Sequence record: NC_054934.1
From: Escherichia phage teqskov
Direction: 5' to 3' (one strand)
DNA length: 64,000 nucleotides
Positions 30,513 through 39,535 of this stretch are shown here, one piece after another. Each line of letters starts with the position of its first letter. Position 1 is the stretch's first letter. The position numbers and the translations under genes were made by a program. The notes under the pieces are model-generated. The model was not told the DNA's origin, did no database searches, and saw nothing but the letters and a program-made list of their open reading frames with translations.

Positions 30513-31481
30513 ATGAAAACTGTAACTATCAATAAGGGTATCTACTTCGGTAAAGAAATCTCTGGAACTTTTGAGCTCTTAGGCGAATGGTTCCCAGATA
30601 ATGCTCCGGTAGATGCACAAGGAGATGGTAAAGTTTTTGTTGAAATTGACGGTAAGCGTCGCGGTGTTTGGGTTTACAAATCAGACATTTCATATGATGG
30701 TGTAAAAGTTGAAGAAGTTAAAGAATCGTATGAAGATATGAAAACCCGCATTAATAAAAGATTTAATGTTATGGGAATGATGACGAATGGTATTATTAAT
30801 GGAAATATTCGTTCATTAATTATCTCTGGCGCAGCAGGTATCGGTAAAACGTATTCTTTAGATAAAGCTTTAAATAAAGCAAATGATATTGGATACATTG
30901 AATATAAAAGCATTAACGGTAAAATCTCCGGTATCGGTCTTTATGAACAGCTTTGGAATAATCGTGAAGAGAATTCTGTCCTTTTGATTGATGATGTGGA
31001 TGTTTTCTCTGATATGGACATTCTTAATCTTCTGAAAGCTGCTCTGGACACTGGAGAGACCCGTAAAGTCTGCTGGAGCACTGCATCTTCTTACTTGGAA
31101 GAAAAAGGCATTGACCGTGAGTTTGAATTTAAAGGAACGATTGTTTTTATCACAAACGTTGACATTGACCGCGAATTAGACCGTGGTACTAAACTTGCTC
31201 CACATTTACAAGCATTAGTGTCCCGCTCGGTTTATTTGGATTTGGGTGTTCACACTAATGAAGAAATTATGGTCAGGGTTGAAGATGTTATTCTTTCAAC
31301 TGACATGATGCAAAAGCGCGGTCTTTCTGATGAAGAAACTTATAAAGCATTATCATGGATGAAAGTCAATGTTAATCGTTTACGCAATGTTTCACTGCGT
31401 ACTGCTCTTTATCTTGCTGACTTTATTATGACCGACAAAAATGGTTGGGAAGAAATTGCTGAGGTTACTCTTCTGAAATAA
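30513..31481 (+). CDS. AAA+/P-loop ATPase
   Basis: 322 aa from ATG 30513; Walker A GAAGIGKT, Walker B LLIDDVD. Confidence 0.65.
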   Translation: MKTVTINKGIYFGKEISGTFELLGEWFPDNAPVDAQGDGKVFVEIDGKRRGVWVYKSDISYDGVKVEEVKESYEDMKTRINKRFNVMGMMTNGIINGNIRSLIISGAAGIGKTYSLDKALNKANDIGYIEYKSINGKISGIGLYEQLWNNREENSVLLIDDVDVFSDMDILNLLKAALDTGETRKVCWSTASSYLEEKGIDREFEFKGTIVFITNVDIDRELDRGTKLAPHLQALVSRSVYLDLGVHTNEEIMVRVEDVILSTDMMQKRGLSDEETYKALSWMKVNVNRLRNVSLRTALYLADFIMTDKNGWEEIAEVTLLK

Positions 31482-31570
31482 TTCATAAGAGGCCTTCTAT
31501 GACAAAAAGGCAGTTCAGAAATAGATTATATGGACTGCCATCAAAAAGATGACTAGAATTAAACTGGTAA

Positions 31571-31885
31571 ATGGAGGTAATGATGTTATACTCAAAGGCT
31601 CGTGAAATTTACGAAACTAAAATTAAAGAAGCAGTATTTCAGTTCGCAACGACAATGCGTTGGACAAATGACTGGGAGTATTCAAAAAATCATAAGAAGC
31701 CCATGGTGACAAGAAAGGCTCATATGTTAGTGTTAATAGACCGTGAGCAGATTAAAGCCCGAGAAGCCCTCCAGAATCATAAAAAGGCTGCCTTTGAATG
31801 GTTTATGGATAACACTGCTCCTGAGACTAAGAAAGCGGTAAGTGCATGGTTCAGTGGAAAAAATTGTGAAAGAAGTTTCTTTTAG
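31571..31885 (+). CDS. Hypothetical protein; start ambiguous (31571/31580/31583)
   Basis: ~100 aa ORF; GGAGG just before the ATG cluster. Confidence 0.45.
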   Translation: MEVMMLYSKAREIYETKIKEAVFQFATTMRWTNDWEYSKNHKKPMVTRKAHMLVLIDREQIKAREALQNHKKAAFEWFMDNTAPETKKAVSAWFSGKNCERSFF

Positions 31886-31887
31886 TG

Positions 31888-31918
31888 GTTTACAAGACTG
31901 TTCCTCTGTGGTACTATA
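31888..31918 (+). promoter_or_regulatory. T4 early promoter, near-identical to the copy at 56825
   Basis: GTTTACaagactgttcctctgTGgTACTATacaactatcaactac. Confidence 0.65.
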
Positions 31919-31945
31919 CAACTATCAACTACGGAGGAACACAAA

Positions 31946-32473
31946 ATGAACGCTAAAGATATTTTCAACCTGGTAAATTACAACGATGGTAAATTTAAAT
32001 CAGAAGCACAAAGAAAGTTCTTTAATGACATCTCAATCGGAGGTGAAATCACTGTTGATGGAGGACAAATTTACAAATCTCGTTGGAATTGGATCGTTAT
32101 TATCGATGAGATTGGTATTGTAGAAATTTACAAGAATACGAATAAAAATCGTACATTACACTGGTCTCGTGATACTAACGAACAGTACAAAAAGGATAAA
32201 GCATCTAAATTATCTCGTGTAACTCAAGAAGATATTGAGTTCATCAAGAAAGATATTTTGATGTATGATAACTTAATTGCTGAAGAGCAAGCTGTTATTG
32301 ATAAATTTGACGAGATTAAAGCTTCTCGTGAAATTCCTGATTTTATGAAAGAATCAGTAAATGAACGATACACTCTCATTTCAGAGCGTATTGAAACTTA
32401 CAAAAAGCAAAGAGCTGAACGCCAAAATACTCTTCGGAAGTTTGAAGAACGGTTAAAGACGGTACTCGCATAA
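31946..32473 (+). CDS. Hypothetical protein
   Basis: 175 aa ORF with GGAGG SD. Confidence 0.5.
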   Translation: MNAKDIFNLVNYNDGKFKSEAQRKFFNDISIGGEITVDGGQIYKSRWNWIVIIDEIGIVEIYKNTNKNRTLHWSRDTNEQYKKDKASKLSRVTQEDIEFIKKDILMYDNLIAEEQAVIDKFDEIKASREIPDFMKESVNERYTLISERIETYKKQRAERQNTLRKFEERLKTVLA

Positions 32474-32528
32474 CCGCTTTATACCAAGGATGGTATAATG
32501 GTTCTAAGCCCTTTTAATTGAGATTATT

Positions 32529-32936
32529 ATGAAACAGTTGATAATTAAAAGATTGAATTTATTGATATGTTGTTTATGTATAGTAATTGCATATGGTTAT
32601 TACGCAATTAATGATTATATGCATTATAAAGATTATGATGTTACTGTAGTTAATACCCTTACAGGAACTCAAGGAAAGGGGTCTAGTTTATCGTTTATTG
32701 CTGTATATGAACTCAAAGACGGTTATAGATTTAGTGAATATATTTCCCCAGAGATGTATTCATCAATAGAAAAAGGCGATAATATTACTGTAAGTTTACG
32801 TCCTTTCGACGTAAAACAGACATTGTTTGATAATATTGTTTGGTTCTTTGGAATGGTATTAGTTCAATCTGTGTGTGGTGCTTATATAGTCTGTTCTATC
32901 TTATTCTGTATATTTAGTAAAATTGAAATTGAGTGA
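32529..32936 (+). CDS. Membrane protein
   Basis: 135 aa; N- and C-terminal hydrophobic helices. Confidence 0.5.
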   Translation: MKQLIIKRLNLLICCLCIVIAYGYYAINDYMHYKDYDVTVVNTLTGTQGKGSSLSFIAVYELKDGYRFSEYISPEMYSSIEKGDNITVSLRPFDVKQTLFDNIVWFFGMVLVQSVCGAYIVCSILFCIFSKIEIE

Positions 32937-32943
32937 GGAAAAT

Positions 32944-33834
32944 ATGTCAGTAGTAATTAATAATGTCAATGCAGTAATTAAATCTTTAGTTAATAAGAAA
33001 ATGATGAATGAATGGACTGTACTTCGTCGTGGAGAGCCAGATAAATTTTTTCATAGATTTAACCCAACTTTGGATTTGAATGTTATTGATAAAGATGTTC
33101 ATGCAGAAATTTTAGATAAGTTTAAAGTTGATATTGGATTTGGATTAGAAAAACATTTACAGCGAACAAACGGATCTGGAATGAGTTTATCTAATCGCAT
33201 TATGAAAGCACTTAATAAAATTGGAGCATTGTCTCGTATTAACGCGAGTGAAATCCTTCGCAATTATAATAAAGGATACGACCTTTATGGTCGACTAATG
33301 CCGAAATTATCATTTGACCAAATGATTGCGGATTTGTGGGAAAATCAACGACGATTATTAGCATTAGGCGCTCGATTAGCTAAAGGTCTAGATAAACAAA
33401 TGATTTTTAAGACCAATAATACAGAAGACCTTAAATGCTTTAAATTTAGTATTCGCGGAGATGATTATTACATCAGAGCTCGCTCTACAGATTATGTTAA
33501 TATGGGGCATCATCTCTGTTTAGCTTTTGAAGTTTTAAAAGAAGTCGGAACATTAGAATATTCATCTGGTGCAAAATGTCCAATTGGTTCAAGTTGTATT
33601 TTAATTTATCGCCCGGATGAATCCAGTTCAACTAAATTGCCTACAAAACCTGTACCAGTTCGTAGTAACGAAAAACATTCTGAACAAATTGATTATTTTA
33701 ATAAGCAAATTGAAGAGCTGAATATTTCTATTCAACAGTATGACGATGAAATTTTCAGACTATCTGGATTGAGTAGTAAAGCTAAATCTGAGCGTGAAAA
33801 ATTAATTAAAATTGTTGATTTACTTAAATCTTAA
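32944..33834 (+). CDS. Hypothetical protein, member 1 of four tandem ~300 aa genes with C-terminal coiled coil
   Basis: 296 aa from ATG 32944 with GAGGAAA SD. Confidence 0.5.
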   Translation: MSVVINNVNAVIKSLVNKKMMNEWTVLRRGEPDKFFHRFNPTLDLNVIDKDVHAEILDKFKVDIGFGLEKHLQRTNGSGMSLSNRIMKALNKIGALSRINASEILRNYNKGYDLYGRLMPKLSFDQMIADLWENQRRLLALGARLAKGLDKQMIFKTNNTEDLKCFKFSIRGDDYYIRARSTDYVNMGHHLCLAFEVLKEVGTLEYSSGAKCPIGSSCILIYRPDESSSTKLPTKPVPVRSNEKHSEQIDYFNKQIEELNISIQQYDDEIFRLSGLSSKAKSEREKLIKIVDLLKS

Positions 33835-33842
33835 GGAACACT

Positions 33843-34868
33843 ATGAAAACTCGTTCTCAAATTGAAGATATGGTTCGTAATGCCAGCTATACTCGTGATG
33901 TTATGACATTTTTGTGCCAAAATAATTTAGACCCTGATAAAGTTAATCGTGATATTCACTTTAAGTATATGAATAGCAGTGAATGGTTACGTCATTTTGA
34001 TAAAGCTGGATATATTACACAAATGACTGCTCGTGAGCAGCTCACCGATTTCTGTAAAACTATTGATTATAAAAATCCTCTATTTGTTCAAGGCGTCGGT
34101 CAGAGTAAGGTTGATTTATCAACAGGATTTTTTAATCCAAATCATTATCGTCTTGAATGGAGATTTATTGCTCTATTCCGTAAACAATTAAAGCAAATTT
34201 TGTCTACTGCTAGTCGATTAAAAGGCTCTGATATTAACTTAAAGAATTTGAAATTTGATGGTTATACTCTTCAGATGGAAGTAAGACCGTTAAAAGAAAA
34301 TAATAGAACTGCACGAATTAGCTTTAAACCTAATACAAAAAATTCTCTTTCAATTTGTGAATGTCTTAAATCACAGTTGACAGAAGCATTTAAGTATATG
34401 GATGTTGTTGCTGCTGTTCAATCTAAGATTTTACCTCGTTTTGAACGATTTAAATTAGACACAACAACATATGAACTTGATATGGTTGTTTCATTTAAAT
34501 ATGATTTTTTGAGAAAGGACGAAGTCCCGCAAGAGAAAAAGCAGGAAGTACAAGATAACTTAAATTTAAATTTATCCAATTACTTATCAAACGATCCTAA
34601 ATTTTGGATGTATAGTTCAGGTAATAAAGATGCATGGAAATTTAATAAAGTGAATTTTCTTCCTATTGAAAATCCGAGTCTTAAACCTGTTGAAAAATGG
34701 CACGCGGATGCGATTGAGAAGTCTATCAAGGCAGTAGATGATGAACTCGTTAAAGCTACCAATGAAGTGTTAGAAGCTGAAAAGATGCTAGAAAAAGCAC
34801 AAGAAAAAGTCAAAAATCTGACAAAGCAACGTTCTAAACTGAACAATGCACTAAATGCACTAAACTAG
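33843..34868 (+). CDS. Hypothetical protein, member 2 of the tandem family
   Basis: 341 aa; C-terminal heptad coiled coil. Confidence 0.5.
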   Translation: MKTRSQIEDMVRNASYTRDVMTFLCQNNLDPDKVNRDIHFKYMNSSEWLRHFDKAGYITQMTAREQLTDFCKTIDYKNPLFVQGVGQSKVDLSTGFFNPNHYRLEWRFIALFRKQLKQILSTASRLKGSDINLKNLKFDGYTLQMEVRPLKENNRTARISFKPNTKNSLSICECLKSQLTEAFKYMDVVAAVQSKILPRFERFKLDTTTYELDMVVSFKYDFLRKDEVPQEKKQEVQDNLNLNLSNYLSNDPKFWMYSSGNKDAWKFNKVNFLPIENPSLKPVEKWHADAIEKSIKAVDDELVKATNEVLEAEKMLEKAQEKVKNLTKQRSKLNNALNALN

Positions 34869-34897
34869 TTTACTTTGCCACAAGGATGTGGTATAAT
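34868..34897 (+). promoter_or_regulatory. T4 early promoter
   Basis: GTTTAC ... TGgTATAAT. Confidence 0.6.
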
Positions 34898-34925
34898 GTT
34901 CTTACTTTCTACTGAGGAGATTATT

Positions 34926-35927
34926 ATGACTCGTAACGAATATATCAAATCATTCAATAGCGTTATTGATGATAAAGCTATACCGATGTTTGGTCAAAAT
35001 ATCATTCTTTCTATTATCAATCAATGGCTCAATAGTGTTGATGCAAGTATTGTTTCTTCTACTAAATTTATTCATGAAATTCGTAAAATTTCTAGCCGTG
35101 TAGATAAAGATGTTATCAAGAAAACTTTTAAAGAGTCTCGTCTTCTTTCATATTTGGTTAATCGGGATATTCTTGGTAATTTTGGGAAAGAAATTAAACG
35201 AACCAAAGATGTAGTAGGATATAATTGGTTCGGTGATGTTAATTCTTATCATCTTAATAATAAAGAAGACCCTGAGAATATTTTTACTCGTCGTTGGATT
35301 AGTAATTTCAGACTTTTCAAAGGACAAATTCTAAAATCAGCTTCTAAATTATGTTATGGCGATTATCGTCAAATTCATCCTTTGGCTTCTGATATGATTA
35401 TCGTAAAAGAATATGAGCTTGATGAAAATAAAGTAGCTATTTTTGTGAATTATGGATTTTTTACACCAAACGCTAACCAAAAGAATATTAATAAATTTTT
35501 CTCAATTGCTAGCACTATAACTCGTCAGTTAGAGACTGCATTACTTTGTATGGAAACAGTAGAAAATATTCATACATATCCTTTTAAGAATATATGCGGA
35601 TGGGAAGGATATAAAATTGTAATTAGTCTTCGTGAAGTGAAATGTGCTTATTCACCTACTGATAAAGAAATTTATCAACAAAAATGTGAGGAAATTGTGA
35701 ATACTCCTAAAGAAGAAACTACTCTTGAGGAACTAATGGATAATCTTGATGATTCGCCTGAACCGGTAGAAATTCGTCCAGAAGTTATTGCATTAGAAAA
35801 AGCTTATAAAGAAGTTCTAGAAATTTCTAATAAAGCGCAGAAAGAATATGAGCAGGCTAAAAAGATTTGGGAAGAATCCGTTAATCGTCTTGATCGTCTT
35901 GAACAAGCTTTACAGTTAATTAAGTAA
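34926..35927 (+). CDS. Hypothetical protein, member 3 of the tandem family
   Basis: 333 aa from ATG 34926 with GAGGAG SD; C-terminal coiled coil. Confidence 0.5.
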   Translation: MTRNEYIKSFNSVIDDKAIPMFGQNIILSIINQWLNSVDASIVSSTKFIHEIRKISSRVDKDVIKKTFKESRLLSYLVNRDILGNFGKEIKRTKDVVGYNWFGDVNSYHLNNKEDPENIFTRRWISNFRLFKGQILKSASKLCYGDYRQIHPLASDMIIVKEYELDENKVAIFVNYGFFTPNANQKNINKFFSIASTITRQLETALLCMETVENIHTYPFKNICGWEGYKIVISLREVKCAYSPTDKEIYQQKCEEIVNTPKEETTLEELMDNLDDSPEPVEIRPEVIALEKAYKEVLEISNKAQKEYEQAKKIWEESVNRLDRLEQALQLIK

Positions 35928-35979
35928 TTTAAAGCCAAGGATGGCTCGGAGTATAAATCATTAACCAAGTGAGAAGAAC

Positions 35980-36906
35980 ATGAAAACTCGTAAACATTAT
36001 ATTGATTATTTTGACAGTCTTATTACTAAACATCGTGATTATCAGAAAGGACATAGAGAAGTAATCAATAATATTCTTCGTGATTTTTTAGACTATATTG
36101 GATGGGAAAACCATATTTGTAAAGATACACAAAATGCGTATTCACATTCTCTTGGTTCTTTGCTCGAGTGGTTCAAACGTTCCCGATTACTATCTTCTGT
36201 GATAGCTGTTAATAATGTTAAAAAATTTATGTATCCAAGCTACATTGAGACTAATGTATCAAATGCTAGTGTTGTTACATTTAATATTATTAACGACGTG
36301 AAAAGAACTTATTTAGAAGAATGGTTTTCTAAAGATAGTAAAGAAAAATTTGCTAGTGAATTTTCACACGAATTCAATAATAACGTGAATATGCTTTTTA
36401 AGCATTCTCGTAGACTGTTTTGTCATGGTGATAACCGTACTATTAATGTGAATGTAAAAGACTGGGTTACGGCTAAATTCACTCCATCGTCCCAGAATGG
36501 ACAATTTGAATTGTCAATTATCGTTTGCGCTCCGCACGAGATATATAAAAATCTTCCGTATATGAAACCACGCGAAGCTAATAAACACAATGAAACTATT
36601 AGTTCTTTGGCTTATAATTTGCGCGTGTTATTATCTGATATGGATGTAGTCAAATCCTTTGATGATAATACGAATTATGGTCTTTCACTGTTTGAAACTA
36701 AATTTGTTATTAAATTAAAGGACCCTAGTGAATTTAAACCTACGCCAAAATTCAATCATGGGAATGATACTATGAAAGAAGAACGCGAATATCTCAATGC
36801 TCGTTTGATTGAAGTTGAAAAACAAATTGAAGAGCATACTAAAGTTCTTAAGGTTTTAACCGCCAAAGCAAATGGTTTACGTAATGCTATTGAGGTATTG
36901 AAATGA
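35980..36906 (+). CDS. Hypothetical protein, member 4 of the tandem family
   Basis: 308 aa; N-terminal MKTRKHY like member 2 (MKTRSQI); C-terminal coiled coil. Confidence 0.5.
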   Translation: MKTRKHYIDYFDSLITKHRDYQKGHREVINNILRDFLDYIGWENHICKDTQNAYSHSLGSLLEWFKRSRLLSSVIAVNNVKKFMYPSYIETNVSNASVVTFNIINDVKRTYLEEWFSKDSKEKFASEFSHEFNNNVNMLFKHSRRLFCHGDNRTINVNVKDWVTAKFTPSSQNGQFELSIIVCAPHEIYKNLPYMKPREANKHNETISSLAYNLRVLLSDMDVVKSFDDNTNYGLSLFETKFVIKLKDPSEFKPTPKFNHGNDTMKEEREYLNARLIEVEKQIEEHTKVLKVLTAKANGLRNAIEVLK

Positions 36907-37199
36907 AAAAGCGTCTATTAGAAGACATTGCAGAAGCTTCAGATTTTCCTGAATGGACTCCATGCGCCGGGTTTGATAAAGGACTGCTAGTTACTGACGA
37001 TTTAGATTTTAAACCTCCAGCATGGGATGCCATTATGGCTATGGTTAAACGTCGCGAAAGGGCTTCTAAAAACGTTCCTAATTGCCCTGAATGTGGAACT
37101 GAACAGGTGCAATTGGTCCATTGGCAGACTAGTAATCTTCGTTATAAATGCCGCCATTGTAAACACCGATTTGACCGAGAAGAAAATGACAAAGCGTAA
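36903..37199 (+). CDS. Zinc-ribbon protein
   Basis: 98 aa with CPECG...CRHCKH four-Cys motif. Confidence 0.45.
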
Positions 37200-37428
37200 A
37201 GAATATATGGAGACTGCTGAAAAGGCAGTCCGTGAATTAGCAATAGCGTATTATAATGAACATGGTAAATTTCCTGATAGATACAGCGTGCTTAAATCTG
37301 CTTTAACTCGTTCATATAAAAATATGCTATCAGAAGTAAGTGATATTATATACAAACATAAAGAACAAACGGGCCAAAGTCTTGATTACGATGAGACTTT
37401 TAAACAAGTACTAGGAATTAAGGAATAA
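37186..37428 (+). CDS. Hypothetical protein
   Basis: 80 aa from ATG 37186; the longer ORF-track version is an upstream extension. Confidence 0.4.
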
Positions 37429-37429
37429 T

Positions 37430-37693
37430 ATGTTTAAAGTATATGGTTATGATAGCAACATCCATAAATGCGTGTATTGCGATAATGCAAAACGTCTTTT
37501 GACTGTAAAGAAACAGCCATTTGAATTTATCAACATTATGCCGGAAAAAGGTGTTTTTGATGATGAGAAAATCGCTGAGCTTCTAACGAAACTAGGTCGT
37601 GATACTCAAATTGGTTTGACGATGCCACAAGTATTTGCTCCTGATGGAAGTCATATTGGTGGATTTGACCAATTGCGGGAATACTTTAAATGA
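37430..37693 (+). CDS. nrdC: Thioredoxin (glutaredoxin-like) NrdC
   Basis: 87 aa; CVYC active site; sequence matches remembered T4 thioredoxin. Confidence 0.9.
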   Translation: MFKVYGYDSNIHKCVYCDNAKRLLTVKKQPFEFINIMPEKGVFDDEKIAELLTKLGRDTQIGLTMPQVFAPDGSHIGGFDQLREYFK

Positions 37694-37905
37694 TTCTCGA
37701 AGGAACTGATTATATCCATGATTATCGCGGAAGCGCGGTATATGTAGGTGATGAAGTTGCAGTTTACTATGGGTATGGAACTTTGATGACAGCCAAGGTT
37801 ATTCAAATTAAAAATAATCGTGCTAAACTCGAAGTTTATTATTCTAACGGCGAAAAGTCTATTTCTAAATGGAAATACGGCGATTGCATGGTCAAACTGG
37901 GGTAA
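37690..37905 (+). CDS. Hypothetical protein
   Basis: 71 aa ORF overlapping nrdC stop. Confidence 0.4.
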   Translation: MILEGTDYIHDYRGSAVYVGDEVAVYYGYGTLMTAKVIQIKNNRAKLEVYYSNGEKSISKWKYGDCMVKLG

Positions 37906-37907
37906 AT

Positions 37908-38078
37908 ATGATTTACGATATTAGTGCAGCAAGAGCTCCATCAATGGTTACTATTCCAGCTGAAGAATTAGATCGTCTTCATAAAATTGAAGAACTTCTT
38001 TGGGAAATTGAATCTGATTTGCCATCAGGATTAGAATCCTGGATTGATTATGAAGAACTTAATAAATTGCGAAATTAA
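37908..38078 (+). CDS. Small hypothetical protein
   Basis: 56 aa from ATG 37908. Confidence 0.35.
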   Translation: MIYDISAARAPSMVTIPAEELDRLHKIEELLWEIESDLPSGLESWIDYEELNKLRN

Positions 38079-38089
38079 TTGGTGAAAAA

Positions 38090-38410
38090 ATGAATACTGA
38101 AAATAAATTAGATGTTGATGCAGTTCTGAGCGAAATCATTGAAGACCATGATGCATTTTCGGAAAACTATGATTTCGATTTTTCCGATTATCTTAAACCT
38201 GTCGAAATAGAAGACTGGGTGCAAGATGGTAAATGTCAATATCGTCAGTGTGTTTACTTTAGTCCAAAACATAATGTACATGTGGCTGTAAATGAATCTC
38301 GTTCAGGTTCTTACCATTCTGACTGGTATTATGCAGTTCCTACCGTTGAACTGGTTGAGCTTCGAGAACGCGTAGTAACTCAGACAGTAAGAGAATGGAT
38401 TACGTTATAA
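38090..38410 (+). CDS. Hypothetical protein
   Basis: 106 aa acidic ORF. Confidence 0.45.
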   Translation: MNTENKLDVDAVLSEIIEDHDAFSENYDFDFSDYLKPVEIEDWVQDGKCQYRQCVYFSPKHNVHVAVNESRSGSYHSDWYYAVPTVELVELRERVVTQTVREWITL

Positions 38411-38533
38411 AACCTTGGTGGGCGGCTAGATGGGAAACTGTAGAGCCAGAGCCGGAAGAACCGGTTTACACTGATGAAGAAACAGTATATAATGAACCAA
38501 CGATAAATGACTTAATTGATATGGAGATGGGAC

Positions 38534-39019
38534 ATGATTACAGTAGATAAGTGGTTTAGAATTAATCGTGTTGATACAGGGCTATGTAATTACTGGCCGG
38601 AACTTAGTGCAGGTACTGTCTTTAAAGTTCGTGAACTTGCAAAAGAATGTGAAGATGATATAGAACCTGATACTGGAATTATTGAAATTGAACTTTCTGA
38701 TGGAAAGATTATTAACATCTACGATAAGCCAATTACGTATTGGTGTTTGTGGAATACTGAATCAGTAGAAAATGGCGAAATTGAAGAAGTTGTAGAGCGA
38801 ACTAATCAAGTTGTTCAGAAGCCTAAAGCCGATTTTCAAGGTGAACGTATTTCATACGCATTAGCTAAATTAGCTGCACAAGAAAATAACGATGGCTATG
38901 AAGGAAATTTGATGCAAGCTGCGGCAGAATATATTGAATGGCTTGAAACCCAAATTTCTTTTTCTGACCAAAAGATTCGGCAATATAAGCGATTGAATCA
39001 AATGTTTTACAATACTTGA
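38534..39019 (+). CDS. pin: Putative protease inhibitor Pin (by position and size)
   Basis: 161 aa from ATG 38534; directly upstream of gene 49 as T4 pin; sequence not independently recognised. Confidence 0.5.
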   Translation: MITVDKWFRINRVDTGLCNYWPELSAGTVFKVRELAKECEDDIEPDTGIIEIELSDGKIINIYDKPITYWCLWNTESVENGEIEEVVERTNQVVQKPKADFQGERISYALAKLAAQENNDGYEGNLMQAAAEYIEWLETQISFSDQKIRQYKRLNQMFYNT

Positions 39020-39031
39020 AAAATAATAAAT

Positions 39032-39056
39032 ACCCTTATCTATTTAAGGTAAGGGT
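39032..39056 (+). promoter_or_regulatory. Hairpin immediately upstream of the gene 49 start; possible translational control
   Basis: accctta ... taagggt inverted repeat ending 5 nt before the ATG. Confidence 0.35.
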
Positions 39057-39061
39057 TTATT

Positions 39062-39535
39062 ATGTTATTGACTGGCAAATTATATAAAGAAGAAAAACAA
39101 AAATTTTATAATGCACAAAACGGTAAATGCTTAATTTGCCAACGAGAACTAAATCCTGATGTTCAAGCTAATCACCTCGATCATGACCATGAATTAAATG
39201 GACCAAAAGCAGGAAAGGTACGTGGATTGCTTTGTAATCTCTGCAATGCTGCAGAAGGTCAAATGAAGCACAAATTTAATCGTTCTGGCTTAAAGGGACA
39301 AGGTGTTGATTATCTTGAATGGTTAGAAAATTTACTTACTTATTTAAAATCCGATTACACCCAAAATAATATTCACCCTAACTTTGTTGGAGATAAATCA
39401 AAGGAATTTTCTCGTTTAGGAAAAGAGGAAATGATGGCCGAGATGCTTCAAAGAGGATTTGAATATAATGAATCTGACACCAAAACACAATTAATAGCTT
39501 CATTCAAGAAGCAGCTTAGAAAGAGTTTAAAATGA
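39062..39535 (+). CDS. 49: Recombination endonuclease VII (Holliday junction resolvase)
   Basis: 157 aa; matches remembered T4 endo VII. Confidence 0.92.
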   Translation: MLLTGKLYKEEKQKFYNAQNGKCLICQRELNPDVQANHLDHDHELNGPKAGKVRGLLCNLCNAAEGQMKHKFNRSGLKGQGVDYLEWLENLLTYLKSDYTQNNIHPNFVGDKSKEFSRLGKEEMMAEMLQRGFEYNESDTKTQLIASFKKQLRKSLK

